A stretch of 41,262 nucleotides of DNA from Candidatus Cloacimonadota bacterium (GCA_021772705.1 JAJFLN010000763.1:1-41262); one strand, 5' to 3'; shown: positions 1 to 10,325, numbered from the stretch's first letter. The notes: generated by a model from the letters alone, not told the origin. Numbers and translations: made by a program.

Positions 1-169
1 TGCCGCACGATTCAAGGCAAACGACAAGCTCATCGCATTCCTCTCCTCCCTCTGATTACTCCGAGGAGAAAAGTGATAAAACCAGCTTCCCGAGCGCGAT
101 CGCCACCATCAACTCGGAGTAATCCGGAACTCGGCATAACGGCTGGAGAGCCCGGCCTGGGAGGCTGAA

Positions 170-1036
170 GTGTCGAGAGAGTTCACATCGAGTGTCAGGA
201 GCCATCCAGGCCAGTCCGATGCCGCCATCCGGGCAGCTCTCGGTCTGGCGGCGGGAGCGACTGCAGCCGTCTTCCTCGGAACGGCCGCTCTGGTAGCCGC
301 CTTCGCCAGAGAGTGTGAGCGGGAGCGTGCCCGGTTCAGATCAACCATGCGCGGGCGGCCCGGCAGCCTCCTGTCGGCCGCTCCAGGGCTGTTCGCTCCG
401 GCATTCTCGCTCCGTGGCAACTCATCGGTTGGATCTCTGTCTTCGCGTTCAGCTCGTGACGCCTTGTTCGATCGATGCAAGGAGGGACTGCGAAACCCGT
501 CTCAGCTGGGAGAATCTCTCGCCCAGTTCCCGCTCCTGAGAGATGCCGTGAGGGCCGAGAATGGATCGATACTCGACTCCCGTCGCCCCGTCGATCCCGA
601 GAAGCTCCTGGGTGTTCTCCAGAACGTGATTCCCAGGATTGCCAGGGCCGAGGCAGGTGTCCTCAGGCAGAGCGGCCAGAAGGCCCTCTGGAGGATGGGT
701 TACCGGACCGATTCGGTGACACTTCCTGACGAGGCCCACGTGGCCGTGCGTGGCACCAACGATCAGGGGACCAGCATCTTCATCGAGTTCGACGCTTACT
801 CGGGCCAGGTCGCAGCAGACTTCTCCGGTTTCGACGGAACCAGCTGCGAGGGCGCCAGCAACCAGCTCCGTCAGGAGCTGGCTGCGGAGGGTATCCGGCT
901 GGACGGGCTTCGGGAACGGCATCATGGGAAGCAGGCTGGCGGGAACCTTGCCGGCCGACTGAGAGCTCTGTGGAACCGAGGCCGGGAGACGGTGACTCCC
1001 CCAGGTGTTCGAAACGACCTCCAGCAGGGAGAGTAG
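170..1036 (+). CDS. hypothetical protein (GTG start)
   Basis: 288-aa ORF with a GGGAGG RBS about 6 nt upstream of the GTG. Same strand as the AAA+ gene downstream. No recognisable motifs. A competing antisense ORF (449..1186) exists. Confidence 0.35.
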   Translation: MSREFTSSVRSHPGQSDAAIRAALGLAAGATAAVFLGTAALVAAFARECERERARFRSTMRGRPGSLLSAAPGLFAPAFSLRGNSSVGSLSSRSARDALFDRCKEGLRNPSQLGESLAQFPLLRDAVRAENGSILDSRRPVDPEKLLGVLQNVIPRIARAEAGVLRQSGQKALWRMGYRTDSVTLPDEAHVAVRGTNDQGTSIFIEFDAYSGQVAADFSGFDGTSCEGASNQLRQELAAEGIRLDGLRERHHGKQAGGNLAGRLRALWNRGRETVTPPGVRNDLQQGE

Positions 1037-1109
1037 GCTGTCGACACACAGTTTGATGAAGGCGGTCTTCAGAAATTGGTTGGACACTGCGATTCCGGGG
1101 TAAGGAGAG

Positions 1110-2879
1110 ATGATGCCAGAATGGATTGAAGAGCTTGATGAAGCGAGGGACGGACGTTTCCCGGGAGTCGTCCTGGTCTTCAACACTCAGGACAGGGTTT
1201 TCGTCGAGAATGAACAACCCATCCGCCTTTCTCTGGACTACTTCCTGGCCCTTCACCTCACACGGTCCGGGTTCTCCGTGGCACGCGTCTCGGCCGGAAC
1301 AGGCCTGCAGCCCATGATCCCCCCGAAGGATCTGATGCCGGATCGGGACGTCCCTTCCCCATTTCCCACGGTGTCGGCAGGAACAGAGATATCCTCCGTG
1401 ATCCATTCCCTGTCCCAGCTGTTCCTGACTGCCAGATCGCCTCTGGCCCTGATTGTCGACTTCGCCGAGAATCTCGTACCCCCATCTTCCGGAGCGGGGG
1501 TTTCTTCGCCGGCTCGGGAGATGATCCTGGAGATGCTGGTGACCCTGGCCCGGGACGAGCGTGTACGCAGTCGTGGCCACCTGCTGGTGTTGATCTCGAA
1601 CGACGTGTCGGTCCATCCGTTGCTCGGTCAGTCAGGACGGTTTCGCGTCATCTCGATCGACCTTCCCGACACTCGATCACGCGATGGATTCGCCAGAGAT
1701 CTGGCCCGGGATCTGGTCGCCGCCGGGGATGAACCAGCCTCGATCCTGGAATCGGATCTCGACTTCGAAGAGTTCGCACGAATCACCGGTGGGTTGCGCT
1801 TGATCGACCTGGAGAGCCTGCTATGCACGGCTAGCACTCGAGGAAAGCCTGTCTCTCGATCCCGGGTCCGGGACGCCAAGGGGAGGAGCATTCGCAGCCT
1901 GTCGAATGGCCTGATACAGGTGCAAGATCCCCGTGGTGGATTCTCGGAGGTCGCCGGGGCATTTCACGCAAAGACCTACTTCAGGCGGTTGAAATCCCTC
2001 TGGACGAGAGGAGCTGGAAATGTCCCTCAGGGCATTCTGCTGTCCGGTGTTCCCGGTTGCGGCAAGAGTCATCTGGTGCAGGCGCTGGCCCATGAGCTGG
2101 AGACCCCGTTGCTGGTCATGAGAGGCATTCGAGAGTCCCTGGTCGGCGCGTCGGAGAGGAACCTGGACCGAGCCCTCTGGGTCACGGAGAACCTGAGTCC
2201 CTGCATCCTCTGGACCGATGAAATCGACCAGGCCATTGGCCGGAGGAGTTCCATGCCTTCCGGCGACTCGGGTACTTCCGAGAGGATGACGGCCCGAATG
2301 TTTGAGTTTTTCGGTTCCATGGCTCACCGGGGGCGAATCATCTGGGTCGCCACGACCAACCGACCGGACCTGCTTGATCCAGCACTGCTCGATCGTTTTC
2401 AGGTCGTGATTCCATTCGTGCATCCCGGTCCTCGGGAGCGGGAGGAACTCCTTCCCTGCCTGGCCAGACAGCTGGGCCGGGAGCTGGCCGAGGATGTGGA
2501 CTGCCGCGAGGTCGCCTCTCGCCCGAAACTCGAGGGCTTGACCGCTCGGTCCATTCAGGAGATCCTGGCAGCCGCGGCCTCGAGAGGCCATCGAGAGGAC
2601 GAAGGCACAGGGGCACGGATCGATCGGGAGAGCCTCGACCAGGCCGTGGCAGACTACATGCCAATGCACGATCGCAGTCACCACGAATTGATGGCTCTCG
2701 AGGCCATCCGAGCGACCTCTTTCGCCTCACTGCTCCCCTGGACCCAGGGGACAGGCAATCCGGTAGATTCCTGGCCTCCCTATCTCGACTCCGTGGTGAA
2801 CCGTGAAACTGGAAGACCGGACCCGGAGGCGATTTCACGACGGATCCGAGAGTTGAGGCAGCATCTGGGCCAGCCCTGA
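1110..2879 (+). CDS. AAA+ family ATPase (classic AAA clade) with a roughly 300-aa N-terminal region of unknown function
   Basis: Walker A GVPGCGKSHLVQALAHEL. Walker B ILWTDEIDQ. Sensor-1 and arginine-finger region VATTNRPDLLDPALLDRF. RBS AAGGAGAG before the ATG. Confidence 0.8.
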   Translation: MMPEWIEELDEARDGRFPGVVLVFNTQDRVFVENEQPIRLSLDYFLALHLTRSGFSVARVSAGTGLQPMIPPKDLMPDRDVPSPFPTVSAGTEISSVIHSLSQLFLTARSPLALIVDFAENLVPPSSGAGVSSPAREMILEMLVTLARDERVRSRGHLLVLISNDVSVHPLLGQSGRFRVISIDLPDTRSRDGFARDLARDLVAAGDEPASILESDLDFEEFARITGGLRLIDLESLLCTASTRGKPVSRSRVRDAKGRSIRSLSNGLIQVQDPRGGFSEVAGAFHAKTYFRRLKSLWTRGAGNVPQGILLSGVPGCGKSHLVQALAHELETPLLVMRGIRESLVGASERNLDRALWVTENLSPCILWTDEIDQAIGRRSSMPSGDSGTSERMTARMFEFFGSMAHRGRIIWVATTNRPDLLDPALLDRFQVVIPFVHPGPREREELLPCLARQLGRELAEDVDCREVASRPKLEGLTARSIQEILAAAASRGHREDEGTGARIDRESLDQAVADYMPMHDRSHHELMALEAIRATSFASLLPWTQGTGNPVDSWPPYLDSVVNRETGRPDPEAISRRIRELRQHLGQP

Positions 2880-2922
2880 TTGACCTCCGAGGCAGTCTCC
2901 GTGATTCTCTGGAGGATCGAAC

Positions 2923-4455
2923 TCAAACAGCTCTCAGAATGTCCTCTGAACGGGGCGGTTTGCAGTCCCGTAGCAGTCCAAGCACATTTGTCTCCGAGCC
3001 CAGGGAGGTCAGGCTCGATGCTGCCTCCTCCCTGACTCTTCTCTGCAACTCCTCCACATCCTCCGTGCTTGCCTGGCTGATGGCGTGGACGATGTCGTTT
3101 CTCAACCGGCGCAAGACCGTCAGGTTCAAACGGGAGCCGTCAATCAGACTCCCCTTGGGCACCAGATTCAATTGCTGCCTTCCATGTTGAACCCTGGACT
3201 CCCTTCCTTCCAGCAGCCTCTCCAGGTCCGACAGGGAGCAGCTGGGGACGACACTGGTGTCGAATCCCTGTCCCACCTTCACCTCTCGCAGGAGGATCTT
3301 CTGACGCAGAAAGTAGCGCCAGCAGAGTTCCAGAGCGTTGACGAGGGTGAGAAACGCACCGTTCCGCTCGTTTGCGCGCAACTGAACCGCTGCCGCCGTG
3401 ATCCGTGTCAACAGCAGGCCCCGCAGATGGTTCTCGTCAGCCAGGAAGAGCTCCTGGGTGAACTGGGCACTGTCTCGACGATCCAGCGCCAGGCGAACGA
3501 GCGCCCGGGCTGGATGATCCCGTGCCAGGTCTGGCGGCAGGGGCAGGCTTGCCAGTCGGCTCACGTCCAGCCCGAGCCAGGCCTCCAGGAATCGGCTCCA
3601 ACCAAGCACGATGGCAACCTTCGACTCTGTATCCCGGGTGAAGTATCCGGCCACACCGGGACTCCTCAAGGCCTGGTCAATACGTTCCAGCTGAAGAGTG
3701 GCTGCTCGATAGTCTCCGCGGTCAAAGAGGCTGCAAGCAGAATCGAACTGGCTGATCTGGAAGATCTCGAAGGGATCCGGAAGCTGCCGAAGATACTCGG
3801 AGCCGGTCATGGGCTTGCGCTTACGGGGATCAAAAACCTCGAAATCGGTGTAGAAGATGCTCGCCCCCGGCAGCACCATGCCACTGGTGAAGGAACCGGC
3901 CACCATGGGCTTCTTGGATCCCGAAACGTCAATGGCGATCTCCCGAGCTGCCGTGTCCTCCACCTGCTTCCGGACGGCCTGAAAGGTCTCGGCCGGGTCC
4001 GAACCAGCCACGGCGGTCCAGTGGATGCTGGGCGGCTCAGACCAGACAGTGTGGCCCCTCTCATATGCCTCCAGCAGAAGAACGGCCAGCTTCTCTGCCA
4101 GCTCTCCCGTCTCGGTCGTGGCCAGAATTGCAATGTAGGGGGTTCGCACGGACGTCAGGAAGAGACAGACTGGCTCGTAAGAGAATCCGAGGAGTGAGAT
4201 GGCGAGGTCGAAGTCGCGATCCGGCACGTCTGGATCTCGAACCAGCCTGGGGTAATCGGCTCGCAGCAACGTTCGATAGACGGAGCCCACCAGGGGAAGG
4301 ACTTCACGAACATAGAACGAGACGCCGTCCTCGCTCCTGGCGGCCTCGGAGCGTTCGTCCTCGAGGCGTGCCAGATCAGCGAAAAGCTGATTCCAGTCCG
4401 TCTGATCATCCAGACCTTGCAGCCGATCGATCCGATCTTGAAGCTGAAGCTCCAT
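2923..4455 (-). CDS. CARF-HEPN protein (Csm6/Csx1 family cOA-activated RNase candidate)
   Basis: N-terminal CARF signatures: ISLLGFSYEPVCLFL (the LGxSxxP strand), YIAILATTETGE, and the ligand-pocket motif IDVSGSKKPMVAGSF (compare D-[IVL]-T-G-G-T-K-x-M-S). C-terminal HEPN Rx4-6H motif in LRRLRNDIVHAIS. GGAGG RBS upstream of the ATG. Confidence 0.7.
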   Translation of the reverse strand: MELQLQDRIDRLQGLDDQTDWNQLFADLARLEDERSEAARSEDGVSFYVREVLPLVGSVYRTLLRADYPRLVRDPDVPDRDFDLAISLLGFSYEPVCLFLTSVRTPYIAILATTETGELAEKLAVLLLEAYERGHTVWSEPPSIHWTAVAGSDPAETFQAVRKQVEDTAAREIAIDVSGSKKPMVAGSFTSGMVLPGASIFYTDFEVFDPRKRKPMTGSEYLRQLPDPFEIFQISQFDSACSLFDRGDYRAATLQLERIDQALRSPGVAGYFTRDTESKVAIVLGWSRFLEAWLGLDVSRLASLPLPPDLARDHPARALVRLALDRRDSAQFTQELFLADENHLRGLLLTRITAAAVQLRANERNGAFLTLVNALELCWRYFLRQKILLREVKVGQGFDTSVVPSCSLSDLERLLEGRESRVQHGRQQLNLVPKGSLIDGSRLNLTVLRRLRNDIVHAISQASTEDVEELQRRVREEAASSLTSLGSETNVLGLLRDCKPPRSEDILRAV

Positions 4456-4866
4456 CTGCCCCCTCCATCCAGTCAGTGGCCAACCAGGATAGCTTGGCCA
4501 AACTCTCTGGAGACTCTAGCTTCGTGGCTACCGGGGATCAACCTACGTACAACTCGAGTGGAGTTGGCCGACACGGGGGCTGACGGACGCTCAGGCCGAT
4601 CAAGGTGCGATTGACCAAGAGAGTGAAGAAAGGGTGGTTGGCGACGGTGCTCGACTATCCACAAGACCGGCTCGCTCATCTTCCCGGCAAGCGGAATCAG
4701 GGCGCCTTGTACCAGTCATTTCGCAAAGGAATGAAGTTCCGAGTTCGAGCGTACGACTGGGAACCGGAGCGCCAGCGGTCGATCGTCGAACTGGCTCCGA
4801 TGCAGCAGCCGAGCCGGAAGTCTCCACTCGGATAGGTACCGCATCTCCGCTGCAGAAGGCTATCAG

Positions 4867-6057
4867 TTAGCCTGACAGCACTCCCGTAGGATGGCAGAGA
4901 AGCCGGTGCAGAATCTGATGAAACTTGCGTCGGTCAGCTTCATCATCGTTCCCGGGAGAAGCAAGGTTTCGGATCGTGGCGATAAAGGCTCGGGCCTCCT
5001 CCGTGCTGCACTCGGCCTTCCGGCGCACCGCATCCAGATCCAGATTCTTCAGGACACTCAGGACCGGTGGTGGCGGCGGTGATGCGGGCTCGAGCGAGGC
5101 CTTTCGGGCATGCAGATCCCGTACACGGTCCAGTCCGATCTCTCCAATCCGTTCTATCATGGCCTCGTGACCGACGAAACCGAGGTAGGAAGCCAGTTGT
5201 TGCAGCCGGCTCCGCACTGGCCGACTCTCGAAGGCGGCCTCCTTCTCATCCTCCAGCAGACGAATCTCCTCTGCAGCCTCATGGTCGGGGATAGACTTCA
5301 GAAGGCCGGCAATCCAGCATCTGATCTGGAACAGCAAGGGACGCGCCGAGTGCTGAGTAGCTTCCTCGAGAGATCCGGCTGAATTCAGGGGGTCCTTGCT
5401 CTCTTCGTCTATTCTGCGTTTGAGGTCCAGTGGATCTACATCTCCCTGATCGAAGGAGTCGGAAGTTGCGCGAAGGAGCCTCTCGAACTTCTGAATGTCG
5501 AGTCGTCCCTTGGCCCAGCGCCGACCAGCGTTGATACCCAGGGCCCGGATGAAGGCGCCAGGGTGCTCCGGAAGAGGAACTCCCAGCAGCAACCGCTTGT
5601 TTCGAAAGCGGTCCACGTCGACTGCGATCTCCTGAAGACAATCCTTGAGTTCATCCTCCGGGGAATGCAGGTACCCGATTGTTGCCTTACGGAGGCGGAA
5701 GTACGCCTGGCGAATGCCGGAAGCACCAGCCTGACCAAACATGAGAGTGTCCCCTCCTCTGTCAGGCATCTCGGCAGTCCAACTGGCATACATGGCCATC
5801 AACTGATACGAGCTGGCGGTTCCACCGGACCTGACTTTACTGGCAGTCCTGGCAGGGTCGCCGGGTGCCTCCCCGGCGGCGCCCAGGCCGCCGGCCCTTT
5901 CGGTCGACGTGGTATCTTTCGGTTCCCTGTCAGGCTCCAGAGCAGCTTCAACCTGGGACTCAAGCTGACCCGGATCCTCGTCCCAGTCGACCGACTCCTT
6001 TACTGAAGTGATCCGCGGGGCTAGACGGATGGCCCGGGGCTTGCGATCGCTGCTCAC
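4867..6057 (-). CDS. hypothetical protein (last gene of a 5-gene coupled operon)
   Basis: 396-aa ORF. Its start overlaps the upstream gene by 4 nt (ATGA). No recognisable motifs. Confidence 0.5.
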   Translation of the reverse strand: MSSDRKPRAIRLAPRITSVKESVDWDEDPGQLESQVEAALEPDREPKDTTSTERAGGLGAAGEAPGDPARTASKVRSGGTASSYQLMAMYASWTAEMPDRGGDTLMFGQAGASGIRQAYFRLRKATIGYLHSPEDELKDCLQEIAVDVDRFRNKRLLLGVPLPEHPGAFIRALGINAGRRWAKGRLDIQKFERLLRATSDSFDQGDVDPLDLKRRIDEESKDPLNSAGSLEEATQHSARPLLFQIRCWIAGLLKSIPDHEAAEEIRLLEDEKEAAFESRPVRSRLQQLASYLGFVGHEAMIERIGEIGLDRVRDLHARKASLEPASPPPPPVLSVLKNLDLDAVRRKAECSTEEARAFIATIRNLASPGNDDEADRRKFHQILHRLLCHPTGVLSG

Positions 6058-7241
6058 TTTTCCGGCCTCCTCCAGTTGATCTCGAACTCCATGGCCTTGT
6101 CGGGCTCCCGGAGCATCTCATTCAGAATGAGAGCTGCGGGATGCCTTTCAGGGAAGCTCGACCGGGCCTCCGCCACCAGCTCTCGGGCGTCCTCGATGGC
6201 ACCGTCCTCAAGCTCCAGCGCGACAGAGAAGTACCAGCAGTTCGCGTTGTACGGGTCCAGCTCGCGGGACTGCTGGGCAGCCCGGCGGCTTGCTTCCAAC
6301 CAGTCCGCAGCGCCGGACTTTCTGGCATCCTTGCGAATCTGACGAGCCTTCTCGAGGTACTTCTGGGCCGCTCCGACGTCGCTCCAGAGAGAGGACAGTG
6401 GCCAGAGAAGCCGGTACTCGATCAGGTTCGTGACCATGTCGATCGATCTCTCACGGGCCTCCTTCGGCAGGAGCTTGAAGAGCAGGTCGCTGGCAAAGGC
6501 CTTCAGAAGCGTATTCTCTATGTTCCAGCCCGGCTGTTTCCATTCGCCCAGCTCGGCCTCGGCGCACCAGGCCTCCACGAGGCGCTGATTCACCCTGCCG
6601 AGCCGGAAGAAGAGTCGCGTGCATTTCTCCACGTTTCCTTTCATGAGACCCGAAACGAGCTTGTCCGGGTCCACCTTCGTAGGGAATGTGGCTGCCGTCG
6701 TCAATCGCTTGTCAGTATTGTTCCCGTTCAGATAGATCACCATCTGCTCGGACCCGGTTGGAATGAACGATGGCTCAACAAATGGAACCTGCAACAGGGG
6801 GCGGTACAACTTGTCCATGACCGAGAAGCAGGTGGCGTTGAGCGGCTTCTGCAGGCAGGCTGTCATGGGATCCTGCAGCTGCTGCAAGAGTGTGCGTTCA
6901 TTCTCCAGAGTTGCCTTCTGGCTTAGCAGGATCACTGCGAGCCTCGGAAATCGCCGGCGAAGATCCTGAAGGGCTTCAATCCCACTGGGGTATGTGGGAT
7001 CGACAGGGTCTTCGAACATGAGATCCATCAGGACCAGATCCGGAAGTGGAGCAGCAGTTTCCACAGCATGCCGCATATACTCGAATGCCTCGGTGGGAGT
7101 CGTCTGCGGTTCCAGGATGTCAAGTTCATAGGGGTAAACGTTTGACAGCTTATCCCATAGAAACTCCAGGTCTTCCACGAGACGCTGATCCTCCCACTGG
7201 TCATCGACAATCATCACTCGACAGGTTGTCTTGGCCGTCAT
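6054..7241 (-). CDS. response-regulator receiver (REC) domain protein with a helical, TPR-like C-terminal region
   Basis: N-terminal CRVMIVDDQ ... DLVLMDLMFED ... AVILLSQK pattern, which is typical of a CheY-like receiver with an Asp in the LMDL strand. 4-nt overlaps with both neighbouring genes. Confidence 0.6.
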   Translation of the reverse strand: MTAKTTCRVMIVDDQWEDQRLVEDLEFLWDKLSNVYPYELDILEPQTTPTEAFEYMRHAVETAAPLPDLVLMDLMFEDPVDPTYPSGIEALQDLRRRFPRLAVILLSQKATLENERTLLQQLQDPMTACLQKPLNATCFSVMDKLYRPLLQVPFVEPSFIPTGSEQMVIYLNGNNTDKRLTTAATFPTKVDPDKLVSGLMKGNVEKCTRLFFRLGRVNQRLVEAWCAEAELGEWKQPGWNIENTLLKAFASDLLFKLLPKEARERSIDMVTNLIEYRLLWPLSSLWSDVGAAQKYLEKARQIRKDARKSGAADWLEASRRAAQQSRELDPYNANCWYFSVALELEDGAIEDARELVAEARSSFPERHPAALILNEMLREPDKAMEFEINWRRPEK

Positions 7242-8086
7242 TTTACCGCCCTCCTTCGCACCCTCAGTGCCAGGGTCTCCAGGCCTCCCAGGAGCGTGTC
7301 CCGGTGGCTCAGGAAATCCAGGATCGCCCGACAGGCTGACTGGCTTGCGGACAAGTTCGCCAATGCGATCTCGGTCACGCCGCGAGTACTCTCTCCCACT
7401 CTACGGTACAGTTCAGCCAGGTGCAATTGCTCCGTCACGCCGGAGAGATCCATGGCCATTGTCTCCTCGAAACGCATCGCAATGGAGCCCGACACGAGCC
7501 TGTTCTCGGCTCTGGCGCTTTGCAGATCGGCCCGGGCCTCTTCCAGATCACCGGGGCTCAGGTGCCGGTCTCGCCGTGCCGCTTCCTCCACCCTGAGAGA
7601 GAACAATCGGCTCGAGTTCCGGCAATCATGCAGCAGCGTGCCCAGTCGACGGGATGTGGCATCGCCGAGGCTCCGGACCTCCGTCGGTGCCAGGCTGTCT
7701 CGCAATGCACGACGCAGATCATCCGGTGCCGGAGATTCCATTCGACCGAGTTCCTGTAGCCGCTGTCGCAACCGGTCCACCGGGACGGGCATTCGCTCGT
7801 ACAGGCACGCGCCCAGGCGGACAAGTTGAGCCTGCAAGGGAACTGCCAGGAATCGGGCCGGCACCTCGGCTCCCAGTACCAGAACCCCGGAGCGGACGCC
7901 CTGGGCGAGCCGGATACTCAGCAATGGAGCCGTGATGGCAGCTTCCGTTCCGGCAGCGCCGGGGGCAACAAGGATGTGACACGCTGATGCTGCCCCGAGC
8001 ATCGCCGCTGCGCCCAGTTGGTGGCGAGCCAGCACCTCACTGAGTACATCATGGAGCAAGCGGGAGGAGCAGTGAATCTGGGTCAC
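7238..8086 (-). CDS. hypothetical protein
   Basis: 282-aa ORF. Translationally coupled to its neighbours (4-nt overlaps at both ends). Confidence 0.5.
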   Translation of the reverse strand: MTQIHCSSRLLHDVLSEVLARHQLGAAAMLGAASACHILVAPGAAGTEAAITAPLLSIRLAQGVRSGVLVLGAEVPARFLAVPLQAQLVRLGACLYERMPVPVDRLRQRLQELGRMESPAPDDLRRALRDSLAPTEVRSLGDATSRRLGTLLHDCRNSSRLFSLRVEEAARRDRHLSPGDLEEARADLQSARAENRLVSGSIAMRFEETMAMDLSGVTEQLHLAELYRRVGESTRGVTEIALANLSASQSACRAILDFLSHRDTLLGGLETLALRVRRRAVK

Positions 8087-8556
8087 TTCGCCTCCTCTCC
8101 TGCGCTCCGGCCAGCCCTGCGACAGCGGGATCGCCGTGAAAAACGTCGAGCACGGAGACGCGACTCCGGTCTCATCGTTTCAACGTGACTGTCTTCTGAT
8201 GCGGCCTCTGGGTTCTGGAGATAACCCGGCCAGATGGGAAGTCGAATCTCATGCACGGTCTCACTACGCGCGGCAGACCACTCCGGCCGGTGCTGTTCCA
8301 GTTGCTCCAGAGAGAAAGCCAGCAGAAGCAGGAGACCGGAACGCTCCGGAGTTCGTTCATCAACTGTCTGCTCGATCAGTCTCATACCAGCTCGGTCATC
8401 GAGGCCTCGGATCGCCCCCACCCGGACCTGTGTCCCTCCGGCGACGGGAAAGGAGATCCTGCGGCGATCATCGTCGTGAAAGCGCAGGGCTGCCAGGATC
8501 GCTTTGAAAATAGACTCTCTGGCTGACATGGAAGTTGTATTCGCTGGACACTTCAT
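8083..8556 (-). CDS. hypothetical protein
   Basis: 157-aa ORF coupled by 4-nt overlaps. Confidence 0.45.
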   Translation of the reverse strand: MKCPANTTSMSARESIFKAILAALRFHDDDRRRISFPVAGGTQVRVGAIRGLDDRAGMRLIEQTVDERTPERSGLLLLLAFSLEQLEQHRPEWSAARSETVHEIRLPIWPGYLQNPEAASEDSHVETMRPESRLRARRFSRRSRCRRAGRSAGEEAK

Positions 8557-9497
8557 CGTGACGGCTCCTCGAACCCGGTGTCCCCTTGCACCTCGGCTGT
8601 GAATCGGAGCATGTGAGCATCCACCCTGCGAGTCAACTCTTCAAGCGCCGCCCACCAGGCAGTCCCCAGAGAGGAGCCATCCGGGCTCTCGGCGTTGACC
8701 CCTTGCAGGTCTCGTTGCCAGTGGAGCCGGTACGACTCGGTCATTCCGCCGTCCTCGAGTAGGCTGTCTATTCCTGGTCCGATGGGCAGAAGGAGATAGG
8801 CAACTGCCGCAATTCCGTGCGTCGTTGACCCTCCTGCCGAGTCTGCCAATGAGTCGAGTGTGAGGGCGGAGCGGCAGATTGCATTCCGCTGTTGCCAAAG
8901 ATCCCTACACAGGACTAGAATCCGTTCCCGGTCTTCAGTCTCTACCTTGCCATCCAGCAGGTTCGGCAGTACGAGTCCGGCGGCGGACAGGCCCATGAGC
9001 AGAGTGGTCGAAGCGTTCATGACCCTCTCCGAAGTGGAGGTCAAGACCTGAGCCAGATCGACCGGTCCCGGAGACAGGGTAGGGTTCATCTGCAGGCGGT
9101 CTCTCATGCTTCGGACCAGGGCGAGGGCCTCCTGATCGGAGAATGCCCAGCCACGAGGACCGCGAACCAGCCTGGGGATGATGTCCTCGTTCGGTTCCAG
9201 CTCTCCCCCGGTCCAGACCACTCCCGCTGCGTGGGCGTTGCCGCGGAGAATCTGAAGACCCAGGTCCGATTGCCCGAGCATGGCATTGTCTGTCACGATC
9301 AGTATCGCGTTGGGAAATGTCGGTGGTTCATTCCGCCACCCACCACAAGGAGCCTCGATGCGAATGGAGCAGTCACCGTTTGATGCTGCCAGCGAAGACA
9401 TTTCCGCGAACAGCTCTCTCTTCACAGCGCTGTCGTGAATGACGACTATCTCTTTCAGATTCCCTGTCACGGTTACCTCACCTCCAGAAGGAGCCAA
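8553..9497 (-). CDS. hypothetical protein (first gene of the minus-strand operon)
   Basis: 314-aa ORF followed by a 4-nt overlap with the next gene. About 320 bp of noncoding sequence lies upstream. Confidence 0.5.
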   Translation of the reverse strand: MAPSGGEVTVTGNLKEIVVIHDSAVKRELFAEMSSLAASNGDCSIRIEAPCGGWRNEPPTFPNAILIVTDNAMLGQSDLGLQILRGNAHAAGVVWTGGELEPNEDIIPRLVRGPRGWAFSDQEALALVRSMRDRLQMNPTLSPGPVDLAQVLTSTSERVMNASTTLLMGLSAAGLVLPNLLDGKVETEDRERILVLCRDLWQQRNAICRSALTLDSLADSAGGSTTHGIAAVAYLLLPIGPGIDSLLEDGGMTESYRLHWQRDLQGVNAESPDGSSLGTAWWAALEELTRRVDAHMLRFTAEVQGDTGFEEPSR

Positions 9498-9821
9498 ACC
9501 GATGGCTCTGCCTATGAGAGTAGCCGGGAGCAGGACTCACTTCCCCCACTCTTCCACCGCCGTTCCCCGAAACTCACGGCTGCTACCCAGGCCGGAACCA
9601 GCAAGGTAGAACATGGAGGAGCTATGAGGGCAGTCTAACATGATCAACAGCCTGGCAGGCTGCGGCAGTACAGGGTGTCAAGATCCGCCATGCTGGGTTC
9701 CAGCCACGGGCATGCTCGGTTTGTCTCCCCATTCTTCGGGGCCCCTGTCCACGCGGTGAAACCGGACGGGGATTCTCTCCCTCTCTGGGGTAACACCAAC
9801 CCGTTGCAAAGGAGATCCTGA

Positions 9822-10325
9822 ATGTTCAGGGAGGTCAGCATGCCCGGGCCCGTGAAGGGGCGTCTCTACTGCCACAGCATGCCCGGTAGATTCGAGCCCC
9901 TGGATGAGACGATTGAGCTCATTCAGATGAAGTGCATTCGCCGCCTGGTCAGCCTGACTTCAGTTGAGGAGATCAACAGCAAGTCTCCCTCCTATGCCCG
10001 ATTGCTCCGTTCCGGCGAGTTCGAGTGGGAGCAGGAGGCCTTTCCAGTAGCCGACTTTGGCATCCCATCGGATCGAGGTGCGTTCCTCGCGTTTGTGACC
10101 GGAGTTGCTCGCCGACTGGAAGATGGAGATAACGTGCTGCTCCACTGTGGCGCCGGGGTCGGCCGCACCGGTACGGCAGCAATGTGCGTCCTCCTGGTTC
10201 TGGGGCTGTCCCGTCCTCAAGCCCGGACCCACGTCTCTCGTGCTGGCGCGGGACCGGAGACCGCTTCCCAGGAAGAGCTGGTCACCTGGGTCGAGAAACG
10301 GGTCTCTGGGTCACTCGAGCGATAG
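9822..10325 (+). CDS. Cys-based protein phosphatase (dual-specificity / PTP-like)
   Basis: Catalytic P-loop VLLHCGAGVGRTG (HCX5R[ST]). AAGGAG RBS 8 nt upstream of the ATG. Confidence 0.7.
   Translation: MFREVSMPGPVKGRLYCHSMPGRFEPLDETIELIQMKCIRRLVSLTSVEEINSKSPSYARLLRSGEFEWEQEAFPVADFGIPSDRGAFLAFVTGVARRLEDGDNVLLHCGAGVGRTGTAAMCVLLVLGLSRPQARTHVSRAGAGPETASQEELVTWVEKRVSGSLER

Noticed and set aside
449-1616. Overlapping minus-strand ORFs (449..1186 and 780..1616)
   Set aside because: They are antisense to the 170..1036 ORF and to the 5' end of the AAA+ gene. They have no RBS and are low-complexity Arg/Pro/Gly-rich, typical of GC-rich spurious frames.
3085-4197. 370-aa ORF on the plus strand
   Set aside because: It lies entirely antisense to the well-supported CARF-HEPN gene. 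It has no RBS or motifs. Long antisense ORFs are expected at this GC content.
6141-6926. 261-aa plus-strand ORF
   Set aside because: Antisense to the coupled REC-domain gene.
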